Source: Prevotellaceae bacterium UBA1716 (GTDB lineage Bacteria; Bacteroidota; Bacteroidia; Bacteroidales; Bacteroidaceae). From it: a stretch of 64,000 nt of DNA. The first letter of the stretch is position 1. Every line of letters starts with the position of its first letter. Shown in pieces: positions 56,077-64,000 of the stretch. Where the stretch lies: contig DCIW01000195.1 in NCBI GenBank assembly GCA_002317225.1, forward strand, positions 1,475 to 65,474, written 5' to 3'. The notes beneath the pieces are model-generated. The model ran no database searches. It saw only the letters and a list, made by a program, of their open reading frames with translations, and had not been told where the DNA came from. Position numbers and translations under genes: made by a program.

Positions 56077-58539
56077 ATGAAAGTACTCAAGTTTGGCGGA
56101 ACATCCGTAGGTTCCGTAGAAAGTATTCTTAATCTTAAAAAGATTGTCGAGGCTTGCGATGAGCCTGTAGTTGTGGTTGTGTCAGCTCTCGGTGGTATTA
56201 CCGACAAGTTGATCAACACCTCGAAACTCGCAGTTAATGGTGACCCATCTTATCTCACAGCTTATGACGAGATGGTGACCCGCCATCATGATATGATCGA
56301 AGCAATCATATCAGACCCTGAAAAGAAAGCAAATCTCCTTGCCACAGTTGATGGTCTTCTCAACGACCTCAAGAGCATTTATCAGGGCGTATTCCTTATT
56401 CATGATTTAAGTACAAAGACCAGCAACGCCATAGTATCTTATGGCGAGCGAATCTCTTCAAATATTGTTGCCACCCTCATCAATGATGCAAAGTGGTACA
56501 ACTCTCTTGAATTCATTAAGACCAAGTTTAAGCAAGGCAAGAACCTCTATTCGAACACCATCTCTAACCCACTAATCCTCGAAGCATTCAAGGATTTCAA
56601 GGAAGGTAAGGCAAGTCATAAGGTTTGTCTCGCTGGCGGTTTCATCTCTACAGATGCAAACACAGGCGAAATCACAAACCTTGGTCGTGGTGGTTCGGAC
56701 TATACTGCAGCCATCCTTGCTGCAGCACTCGATGCTCGCGTTCTTGAGATTTGGACAGACGTTAGCGGTTTCATGACTGCCGACCCACGCGTTATCAACA
56801 ACGCTTATCCTATCGACCAACTCTCATACGTTGAAGCAACTGAGCTTTGTAACTTCGGTGCGAAGGTAGTTTACCCTCCAACAATCTATCCTGTCTGCAT
56901 TAAGAACATCCCAATCCTCATCAAGAACACATTCCGTCCTGAGGACAAGGGTACAATCATTACCGAAAAGACTTCGGACTCAGGTCGTGCCATCAAGGGT
57001 ATCTCTTCTATTAACAATACAAGCCTCATCACAGTATCTGGTCTTTCGATGGTAGGTGTGATTGGTGTCAACCAGCGTATCTTCTCTGCTCTTGCAGCAA
57101 ATGGAATCAGCGTATTCATGGTTTCGCAGGCATCTTCGGAGAACTCAACTTCGATCGGTGTTCGCAACGAAGACGCAGATGCCGCTTGCGATGTGCTCAA
57201 CAAGGAGTTCGCAAAGGAAATCGAGATGGGTGCCATGTATAAGATGAACCTTGAGCGTGACCTCGCAACTGTCGCTATCGTAGGCGAGAACATGAAGCAT
57301 ACTCCTGGTATCGCTGGTAAGCTCTTCGGAACTCTCGGTCGCAATGGTATCAGTGTGATTGCTTGTGCGCAGGGTGCTTCAGAGACTAATATCTCGTTCG
57401 TTGTCGAAAGCAAGTCGCTCCGCAAGTCGCTCAACGTCATCCACGACAGCTTTTTTCTTTCTGAATACCAAGTGCTGAATGTCTTCCTCTGCGGTGTGGG
57501 TACTGTAGGCGGAAACCTTCTTGGCCAGATTGCCTCTCAGCAAGAGAAACTGATGCAGGAGCGTAACCTTAAGATTAATGTTGTTGGAGTTGCTTCGGGT
57601 CATAACGCCATATTCAACCGTAATGGAATCGACCTTTCGAATTTCAACATCGAAGATTTCCGTGCAAACCTTATGCAAGCAGAACCATCCAATATCGATC
57701 GTCTCAAGGAAGAGGTTATTGGTATGAATATCTTCAATTCGGTATTCGTTGACTGCACAGCAAGCGGTGATGTTCCAACGCTCTATCATGATTTCCTCAA
57801 CAACAATATATCTGTAGTTGCAGCAAATAAGGTTGCAGCATCTGGTGACTACGAAAACTATGCCCTCCTCAAGGAGACTGCCCGCAAACGTGGTGTCAAG
57901 TACCTCTTCGAGACTAATGTAGGTGCAGGTCTTCCTATTATCAACACAATCAACGACCTTTGCAATTCAGGTGATAAGATTCTGAAGATCGAGGCTGTGC
58001 TTTCGGGCACACTCAACTATATTTTCAACACTATCTCTGCTGAAATCCCATTCTCAGAGACTGTTCGTCTTGCAAAGGAAGAGGGTTATGCAGAACCAGA
58101 CCCACGTATCGACCTTTCGGGCAAGGATGTAATCCGCAAACTCGTCATTCTCTCTCGCGAGGCAGGTTACAAACTTTCGCAAGAAGATGTGGAGAAGAGC
58201 CTCTTCATACCACAGTCGTTCTTCGATGGAACTCTTGAGGATTTCTGGAAGAATCTCCCAACTCTCGATGCAGAATTCGAAGCAGAACGTAAAGTGGTTG
58301 AAGCAAACAACCAGCATTGGCGTTTTGTTGCAAAACTCGAAAATGGCAAGGGTTCTGTAAGTCTCCAGAAGGTTGACAACCATCATCCTTTCTACGACCT
58401 CGAAGGTTCGAATAACATCATCCTCCTCACGACTGAGCGTTACAACCAATATCCAATGCTCATCCAGGGATATGGAGCTGGAGCATCAGTAACTGCAGCA
58501 GGTGTGTTCGCAGACATCATGAGTATTGCTAATATTTAA
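56077..58539 (+). CDS. thrA: Bifunctional aspartokinase / homoserine dehydrogenase
   Basis: 820 aa. It has an aspartokinase start (MKVLKFGGTSVGS), ACT region and C-terminal homoserine dehydrogenase (GVGTVGG..., GAGLPII). Confidence 0.93.
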   Translation: MKVLKFGGTSVGSVESILNLKKIVEACDEPVVVVVSALGGITDKLINTSKLAVNGDPSYLTAYDEMVTRHHDMIEAIISDPEKKANLLATVDGLLNDLKSIYQGVFLIHDLSTKTSNAIVSYGERISSNIVATLINDAKWYNSLEFIKTKFKQGKNLYSNTISNPLILEAFKDFKEGKASHKVCLAGGFISTDANTGEITNLGRGGSDYTAAILAAALDARVLEIWTDVSGFMTADPRVINNAYPIDQLSYVEATELCNFGAKVVYPPTIYPVCIKNIPILIKNTFRPEDKGTIITEKTSDSGRAIKGISSINNTSLITVSGLSMVGVIGVNQRIFSALAANGISVFMVSQASSENSTSIGVRNEDADAACDVLNKEFAKEIEMGAMYKMNLERDLATVAIVGENMKHTPGIAGKLFGTLGRNGISVIACAQGASETNISFVVESKSLRKSLNVIHDSFFLSEYQVLNVFLCGVGTVGGNLLGQIASQQEKLMQERNLKINVVGVASGHNAIFNRNGIDLSNFNIEDFRANLMQAEPSNIDRLKEEVIGMNIFNSVFVDCTASGDVPTLYHDFLNNNISVVAANKVAASGDYENYALLKETARKRGVKYLFETNVGAGLPIINTINDLCNSGDKILKIEAVLSGTLNYIFNTISAEIPFSETVRLAKEEGYAEPDPRIDLSGKDVIRKLVILSREAGYKLSQEDVEKSLFIPQSFFDGTLEDFWKNLPTLDAEFEAERKVVEANNQHWRFVAKLENGKGSVSLQKVDNHHPFYDLEGSNNIILLTTERYNQYPMLIQGYGAGASVTAAGVFADIMSIANI

Positions 58540-58542
58540 TTA

Positions 58543-58671
58543 GTGAAGAACAAAGAGTGAAGAGTGAAGAATTTGCTACCGCTTTGGAGCAAGAGCGGTT
58601 TACACCTTTGCTTACTTTGAAGATTGCTATTCCGGCAGGAAATTCTTCACTCTTCACTCTTCACTCTTCAC
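58543..58671. repeat. Inverted pair of 4 x 7 bp heptad arrays (GTGAAGA / TCTTCAC) flanking a 67 nt spacer
   Basis: The left array 58543-58570 is gtgaaga acaaaga gtgaaga gtgaaga. The right array 58644-58671 is four perfect tcttcac units. The segment 58554-58573 is the exact reverse complement of 58641-58660 (20 bp). Confidence 0.8.
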
Positions 58672-58681
58672 TCCAAAGGTA

Positions 58682-59983
58682 ATGAAACATATTGTTATTT
58701 TAGGAGACGGAATGGCGGATTGGCCTGTCGAATCACTCGGCAACAAGACGCTGCTCCAATACGCTAACACTCCATATATGGACATGTTAGCAAAACAAGG
58801 CAAAACAGGCATGCTGAAGACCGTCCAGGATGGCTTTCATCCTGGGTCGGAGGTAGCCAATTCAAGCATATTAGGTTACGACCAAAACGAGGTATATGAA
58901 GGCAGAGGTCCTCTCGAAGCAGCCTCAATCGGTGTTGAACTCGCACCAACAGACATGGCAATCCGTTGCAACATCATCTGCATCGAAGGCGACCACATAA
59001 AGAACCACTCATGTGGACGACTTGAGACAGAAGAAGGTGACATCCTCATCAAGTATCTTCAGGAGAAGCTTGCAAATGATGCTGATATTGTAGCAATGTA
59101 CGGGCACATCGTCCACTTCTACACAGGAGTGCAATATCGTCATCTTCTCGTAATCAATGGAGGTAGCAAATTCTTGAAGTGTACTCCACCACACGATGTA
59201 CCTCTCAAGCCTTGGAAGCCACTTCTTGTCCAACCGGATCTTGAAGCCGAAGCAAAGGCTGAAGTGAAATCCACATTGAGTGCAACCGAAACTGCAGAGC
59301 TCATCAATCTTTTGATTGTAAAATCACAAGAATTGCTCAACGCTCATCCTTTCAATGCACAACGAATTGCAGAAGGCAAGGATCCAGCAAACAGCATCTG
59401 GCCTTGGGCAGGAGGCAATCGTCCTCACATGATTCCGCTCACAACCACCTTCCCTCAGATTAAGAAGGGAGCGGTAATCACAGCAGTTGACCTCATTCGA
59501 GGAATCGGTTCGCTTGCGGGATTACGTGTTATAGATGTAGAAGGAGCAACTGGTCTTTACGACACTAACTACGAAGGTAAGGCACAGGCTGCCATCGAAG
59601 CTCTCAAGACTGACGACTTCGTTTATCTTCATGTAGAAGCATCTGACGAAGCTGGTCATGATGGCGATCTTGAACTCAAACTCCAAACTATCGAGAACCT
59701 CGACAAGCGTGCCATAGGCCCTATTTATGAAGAGGTTAAGAACTGGGGCGTTGCAGGCACACCAACTGCCGACCTCGAACCGGTTGCAATCGCAGTTCTT
59801 CCTGACCACCCTACTCCAGTGGCTCATCGTACTCACACCAACGAGCCAATACCTTTCCTCATCTATGCTCCAGGCATTGAAGCTGATAAGGTAGACTCAT
59901 TCGATGAACAAAGCTGTAAAGAAGGTATCTACGGCAACCTCAAAAAAGACGGCTTCATCAAAGCCTTCATGACAATAAATTAA
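58682..59983 (+). CDS. Cofactor-independent phosphoglycerate-mutase-like protein (ApgM family), probable homoserine kinase substitute
   Basis: 433 aa. The start MKHIVILGDGMAD and the metalloenzyme-superfamily layout match ApgM. It sits between thrA and thrC where thrB is expected. Confidence 0.8.
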   Translation: MKHIVILGDGMADWPVESLGNKTLLQYANTPYMDMLAKQGKTGMLKTVQDGFHPGSEVANSSILGYDQNEVYEGRGPLEAASIGVELAPTDMAIRCNIICIEGDHIKNHSCGRLETEEGDILIKYLQEKLANDADIVAMYGHIVHFYTGVQYRHLLVINGGSKFLKCTPPHDVPLKPWKPLLVQPDLEAEAKAEVKSTLSATETAELINLLIVKSQELLNAHPFNAQRIAEGKDPANSIWPWAGGNRPHMIPLTTTFPQIKKGAVITAVDLIRGIGSLAGLRVIDVEGATGLYDTNYEGKAQAAIEALKTDDFVYLHVEASDEAGHDGDLELKLQTIENLDKRAIGPIYEEVKNWGVAGTPTADLEPVAIAVLPDHPTPVAHRTHTNEPIPFLIYAPGIEADKVDSFDEQSCKEGIYGNLKKDGFIKAFMTIN

Positions 59984-60000
59984 AAATAAACAATTAAATA

Positions 60001-60051
60001 CCATCCTCCCCCTAACTGGATGGACGCCCCCTTTGGGGGACGGGGGGCTCC
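60001..60051. repeat. Solo copy of the same GC-run repeat unit (~51 bp)
   Basis: CCATCCTCCCCCTAACTGGATGGACGCCCCCTTTGGGGGACGGGGGGCTCC is about 90% identical to the reverse complement of 45674-45722. It ends 5 nt before the thrC ATG. Confidence 0.6.
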
Positions 60052-60055
60052 AAAT

Positions 60056-61384
60056 ATGAACTACTATTCAACTAACGGCAAAGCAGAAATTGCCTCACTC
60101 GAAAAGGCTGTAGTCAAGGGGCTTGCAGAAGACAAGGGTCTCTATATGCCAGAGCGTATCAAACCGCTCCCACAGTCTTTCTTTGACAACATAGAAAACC
60201 TCTCTTTCCAAGAGATAGCATATACAGTTGCAGACGCATTCTTTGGTGAGGATGTAGATGCAGAAAGTCTTAAAAACATCGTTTACGACACACTCGCATT
60301 CGATTGTCCTTGTGTAAAGGTTACTGACAACATCTATTCACTTGAACTCTTCCATGGTCCAACACTTGCATTCAAGGATGTAGGTGCACGATTCATGGCT
60401 CGCCTTCTTCAGTACTTCTTAAAGAAATCCGGAGATTCCGGCATTTCTGGTAATTCCGGAAAATCTGGAGTTAATGTCCTCGTTGCCACTTCAGGTGATA
60501 CTGGTTCTGCTGTAGCAAACGGTTTCCTTGGTGTTGATGGCATTCATGTTTATGTCCTCTATCCAAAGGGTAAGGTTTCTCCTATTCAGGAGTGTCAGTT
60601 CACAACTCTTGGCCAGAACATCACAGCGATCGAAGTTGATGGCGTGTTTGACGATTGTCAGGCACTCGTTAAGTCAGCATTCATGGATGCAGACCTCAAT
60701 GCACATATGAAACTCACTTCTGCCAACTCAATCAACGTTGCCCGCTTCCTCCCACAAGCATTCTATTATTTCTACGCTTATGGACAGATGAAGAAGTTAG
60801 GTCTTGCTGATCAGTTGGTTGCTTGTGTACCTTCAGGTAATTTCGGAAATATCTGTTCTGCTCTCTTCGGCAAGAAGATGGGACTTCCAATCAAGCGTTT
60901 CATTGCTGCTAACAATGCCAACGATATCTTCTTCAAGTATCTCCAGACAGGTAAGTACGAGCCAAAGGCATCTGTTCAAACTATCGCAAATGCAATGGAT
61001 GTAGGCGATCCATCTAACTTCGCCCGCGTTTACGAACTCTACAATAAGGACCACTCGGCAATTTGTGCTGATATCGCTGGTGCAACATACACTGATGCTC
61101 AGATTGCAGAAGCAATGAAGGATTGTAAGGCGACAACTGGTTATGTTTGCGACCCACACGGAGCATGCGGCTACCAGGCACTCAAGGAAGGCCTCAAGCC
61201 AGGTGAAGTAGGTTTCTTCCTCGAGACAGCCCATCCTGCCAAATTCAAGGATACAGTTGACGGAATCCTCAATTCTGACATTGAAATTCCTGCAAAACTC
61301 CGCGCCTTTATGCAAGGGACCAAGCAGTCTATCCCTATGACAAAGGACTTCGCTTCGTTCAAGGCATACCTCCTCTCCGAATAA
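60056..61384 (+). CDS. thrC: Threonine synthase
   Basis: About 442 aa from the ATG at 60056 (MNYYSTNGK...). It has the PLP lysine motif PTLAFKD and ATSGDTGSAV. The 12 extra codons in the ORF track are translation of a GC-rich repeat. Confidence 0.93.
   Translation: MNYYSTNGKAEIASLEKAVVKGLAEDKGLYMPERIKPLPQSFFDNIENLSFQEIAYTVADAFFGEDVDAESLKNIVYDTLAFDCPCVKVTDNIYSLELFHGPTLAFKDVGARFMARLLQYFLKKSGDSGISGNSGKSGVNVLVATSGDTGSAVANGFLGVDGIHVYVLYPKGKVSPIQECQFTTLGQNITAIEVDGVFDDCQALVKSAFMDADLNAHMKLTSANSINVARFLPQAFYYFYAYGQMKKLGLADQLVACVPSGNFGNICSALFGKKMGLPIKRFIAANNANDIFFKYLQTGKYEPKASVQTIANAMDVGDPSNFARVYELYNKDHSAICADIAGATYTDAQIAEAMKDCKATTGYVCDPHGACGYQALKEGLKPGEVGFFLETAHPAKFKDTVDGILNSDIEIPAKLRAFMQGTKQSIPMTKDFASFKAYLLSE
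60425..60469 (+). repeat. In-frame 5 x 9 bp tandem repeat inside thrC, encoding (X-Ser-Gly)5
   Basis: AAATCCGGA GATTCCGGC ATTTCTGGT AATTCCGGA AAATCTGGA translates to KSG DSG ISG NSG KSG. Confidence 0.8.
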
Positions 61385-61429
61385 CATTCAGCAAAGAATA
61401 ACGAATAGGTCAATAATCAACCTTTCACA

Positions 61430-63502
61430 ATGGCTAAAGCAAGCAAATCGCAGAAGACAGCCCGCCGTAACCTCCTTCTTTTCAAAGCAGCGCTCGTCAT
61501 CATTTCCACAATCGTGATTGTATGGTTCATGCCACGCAATTCGTCCTCGACCTACAAGTACGAGGTTGATGCCCCATGGCGATACGGACTTCTCATTTCC
61601 GATTACCGTTTCCCCATCTACAAGAGCGACGCAGAGATGAAGAAAATGCAGGACAGTATCCGCAGGTCTTTCCAACCTTACTTTAAAGTAGACAAGTCTG
61701 TTCGCAAACGAATGCAGGACACGCTTTACTATATTATGAGTAAGAATGATAAAAAGATACAGAACATCCAGGCTTACGGTGCCCATATCAGCAATTTGCT
61801 CGACACCATCTACGCTCGTGGCATGCTCTCAATGCCAGCATACAACAAGCTTCAAGAAGATGGAAACTCCAATATTCGAATTATCGACAACAATACTGCT
61901 ACGTCCATCCCAGTAGCAAAAGTATTATCTACCAAACAAGCTTACCACTATTTGGTCCATGCCGATACAGTCATGTATTCACGCATTGTATTGCAGAACA
62001 TGAACCTCAACTGCTTGCTTGCCGGCAATCTTGTCTTAGATGAGAAAAAGAATGATTCGGAACTCCAGTACCAGCTCTCGCATATGGACGGAGCAGATGG
62101 CATAGTTCAGCGTGATGAACAGATTATCGACCGAGGTGAGATTGTGACTCAAGAGAAATACAAAATTCTCAAATCGCTCGAACGTGAGTTGGCAAAGCAC
62201 CAGACTGAAGAAACCATAATCCCTTACTCCTTGATTGGACAAACGGTCTTCGTATTGGTGATTATGTGCATCTTGGTGGTATACCTCACGCTCTTCCGTA
62301 AGGACTATTTCGACACCTACCAACCGGGCATACTCCTTTTCGGATTCCCTGTGCTCTTCTGTATGGTAGCGTTCTTTATGGTCAGCCACAACTTCCTCAA
62401 CGTATTCATGATTCCATGCTGTATGGTACCTATCGTGATTCGTGTGTTCATGGATTCGCGAACCGCCTTCATGTTCCACACGGCGATGGTCATCATCATC
62501 TCCCTCACACTCCACTTCCCTTATGAGTTCATGATTCTGCAGCTCACAACTGGTATGATTGCCATACAGACGCTTCGCGAACTCTCACAGCGCTCGCAAA
62601 TCATCCATACAGCCGCACTCATCACTCTTTTCTACATTGTATTCTATTCGGCCTACGAACTCCTCCTCGAGAACACATACGTCAAGGCAGACCGTTCGAT
62701 GTACTACTATTTCATCATCAACGGCATCCTACTCATCTTCACATATCCGCTCCTCTGGCTTTTGGAGAAGACGTTCGGATTCGTGAGCGACGTGACCCTC
62801 GTCGAACTCTCCAACATCAACAACCCGATTCTCCAACGTATGTCGGAGATAGCCCCTGGCACCTTCCAGCACTCGCTTCAGGTGTCCAACCTCGGTTCTG
62901 AAGTTGCAAAGAAAATCGGAGCACGATCCCAACTTGTACGTACAGCCGCACTCTATCATGATATCGGGAAACTCGAGCGTCCGGTCTTCTTCACCGAGAA
63001 CCAAAGCGGAGTTTCGCCCCACAAGCACCTCTCATCACAGAAGTCGGCCGAGGTGATCATCGCCCACATTGCAAACGGTCTCTCACTGGCCGACCGCAAC
63101 AACATACCTCAGCTCATCAAGAAGTTCATTGCCTCCCATCATGGTACGGGCATGACCAAATACTTCTACATCACATACAAGAACGATCATCCCGACGAAC
63201 AAGTCGATGAGAGCATCTTCCGTTATCCGGGGCCAAACCCATCCACCAAAGAGGAAGCAATCCTCATGATGGCCGATGCGGTCGAAGCTGCCTCGCGCTC
63301 CCTATCCGAATACACAGAAGAAAGTATCTCCTCACTTGTCGACCGAATTGTCGATTCGCAGATACAGGAAGGCTACTTTGCCGAGTGCGATATCACATTC
63401 CGCGAGATTGCCATAGCCAAAGATGTTTTCAAAGAAAAATTAAAGATTGTTTATCACACACGCATAAGTTACCCAGAACTTAATAAGGATAATGAAAAAT
63501 AA
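61430..63502 (+). CDS. 7TM-HD membrane phosphohydrolase (HDIG / PgpH-like)
   Basis: 690 aa. It has an N-terminal extracytoplasmic domain, a 7-TM block and a C-terminal HD domain (ALYHDIGK, HHG). Confidence 0.8.
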   Translation: MAKASKSQKTARRNLLLFKAALVIISTIVIVWFMPRNSSSTYKYEVDAPWRYGLLISDYRFPIYKSDAEMKKMQDSIRRSFQPYFKVDKSVRKRMQDTLYYIMSKNDKKIQNIQAYGAHISNLLDTIYARGMLSMPAYNKLQEDGNSNIRIIDNNTATSIPVAKVLSTKQAYHYLVHADTVMYSRIVLQNMNLNCLLAGNLVLDEKKNDSELQYQLSHMDGADGIVQRDEQIIDRGEIVTQEKYKILKSLERELAKHQTEETIIPYSLIGQTVFVLVIMCILVVYLTLFRKDYFDTYQPGILLFGFPVLFCMVAFFMVSHNFLNVFMIPCCMVPIVIRVFMDSRTAFMFHTAMVIIISLTLHFPYEFMILQLTTGMIAIQTLRELSQRSQIIHTAALITLFYIVFYSAYELLLENTYVKADRSMYYYFIINGILLIFTYPLLWLLEKTFGFVSDVTLVELSNINNPILQRMSEIAPGTFQHSLQVSNLGSEVAKKIGARSQLVRTAALYHDIGKLERPVFFTENQSGVSPHKHLSSQKSAEVIIAHIANGLSLADRNNIPQLIKKFIASHHGTGMTKYFYITYKNDHPDEQVDESIFRYPGPNPSTKEEAILMMADAVEAASRSLSEYTEESISSLVDRIVDSQIQEGYFAECDITFREIAIAKDVFKEKLKIVYHTRISYPELNKDNEK

Positions 63503-64000
63503 TACATGGAAGCCCTTTGCCATCACACTTCTCGTAATTGTGATACTTATGGGCATGTTCTACCTCCCTCGCATCCAAGTGGGAGACAAGTTGCTCCGCA
63601 GAGTCAACATTCTCTCTGAGATTCAGGCTCGCGACAACGAAGGCAATATTATTGCCGAAATATCTGCCGATGAAGCGCAAGGCATCGTTGAACAAAAGTT
63701 TGACAGCACTGCCACCCACGTGCGCCAAGAGATATACATAGACAGCGTACCGGAAGGTATGACTGCCATCGAAGACTTCTGCAACGGAGAAGCCCCAATC
63801 ATGGATCGTTTCTATGCAGCACTCGACGAAGCCAGTTCACGCCCAGTTCGAATTGCATATTACGGCGATTCGTATATCGAGGGTGATATCCTCACCGAAG
63901 ACCTCCGCGAATTCTTCCAACAGAAATACGGAGGTTGCGGAGTCGGATTTGTTGATATCCATAGCATCACAGCAGGATTCCGACAGACAGTACGCGCCAA
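63492..64000 (+). CDS. Partial CDS: membrane-anchored SGNH/GDSL-like protein (3' end outside the window)
   Basis: My manual translation from the ATG at 63492 is open to the window end: MKNNTWKPFAITLLVIVILMGMFY...VRIAYYGDSYIEGD. It overlaps the preceding gene by 11 nt and is not in the ORF track because it is truncated. Confidence 0.5.
   Translation, partial: MKNNTWKPFAITLLVIVILMGMFYLPRIQVGDKLLRRVNILSEIQARDNEGNIIAEISADEAQGIVEQKFDSTATHVRQEIYIDSVPEGMTAIEDFCNGEAPIMDRFYAALDEASSRPVRIAYYGDSYIEGDILTEDLREFFQQKYGGCGVGFVDIHSITAGFRQTVRA

Noticed and set aside
1-64000. Mobile genetic element, prophage, defence island or toxin-antitoxin content.
   Set aside because: I recognised no integrase, transposase, recombinase, restriction/modification, Cas, abortive-infection or TA-like proteins in any frame. 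The tRNA-Glu at 33348-33419 has no adjacent integrase or direct-repeat att-like duplication that I could see.

Overview
This 64 kb window looks like a Bacteroidota (Bacteroidales, Prevotella-like) chromosome. Supporting signs are TAnnTTTG-type -7 boxes, a dcw cluster without murF, a thrA / phosphoglycerate-mutase-like / thrC operon, and a UpxY/NusG-like gene. Nearly all genes from 171 to 52915 are on the minus strand. (1) 171-19501 is a visibly AT-rich surface-polysaccharide locus. It encodes a TarI-like cytidylyltransferase, LicD, several GT2/GT4 transferases, an MBOAT with an SGNH-like partner, a pyruvyl transferase, three further acyl/acetyltransferases, a Wzy-like polymerase and a Wzx flippase. 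It also holds an 850 bp stretch of decayed gene relics. (2) 19554-25771 carries glmS, ugd, and a module of a NusG-like antiterminator, a GT-C-like membrane protein and GtrA. (3) 25969-36001 is housekeeping: deoD, a YpfJ-like peptidase, rplS, a uxuB-like gene, uxuA, recO, tRNA-Glu, rpsT and gyrB. (4) 36307-52915 is a complete dcw cluster: mraZ-rsmH-ftsL-ftsI-murE-mraY-murD-ftsW-murG-murC-ftsQ-ftsA-ftsZ. (5) 53250-64000 holds an outer-membrane beta-barrel protein, priA, the thr operon, a 7TM-HD (PgpH-like) protein and a partial SGNH-like gene. I found no integrase, transposase, CRISPR array, defence genes or prophage genes, and I cannot support a claim of a novel multi-gene protein system. The most unusual signals are non-coding. 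They are a GC-run-rich miniature palindromic element that fills the murD-mraY spacer and has a solo copy in front of thrC, a triple hairpin array between murE and mraY, a heptamer tandem array after gyrB, and a 31 bp inverted pair of heptad arrays between thrA and the next gene. There is also an in-frame 5 x 9 bp repeat inside thrC, plus the atypical NusG-paralog/GT-C/GtrA module. All functional calls come from reading the translated ORFs by eye, without a database search.
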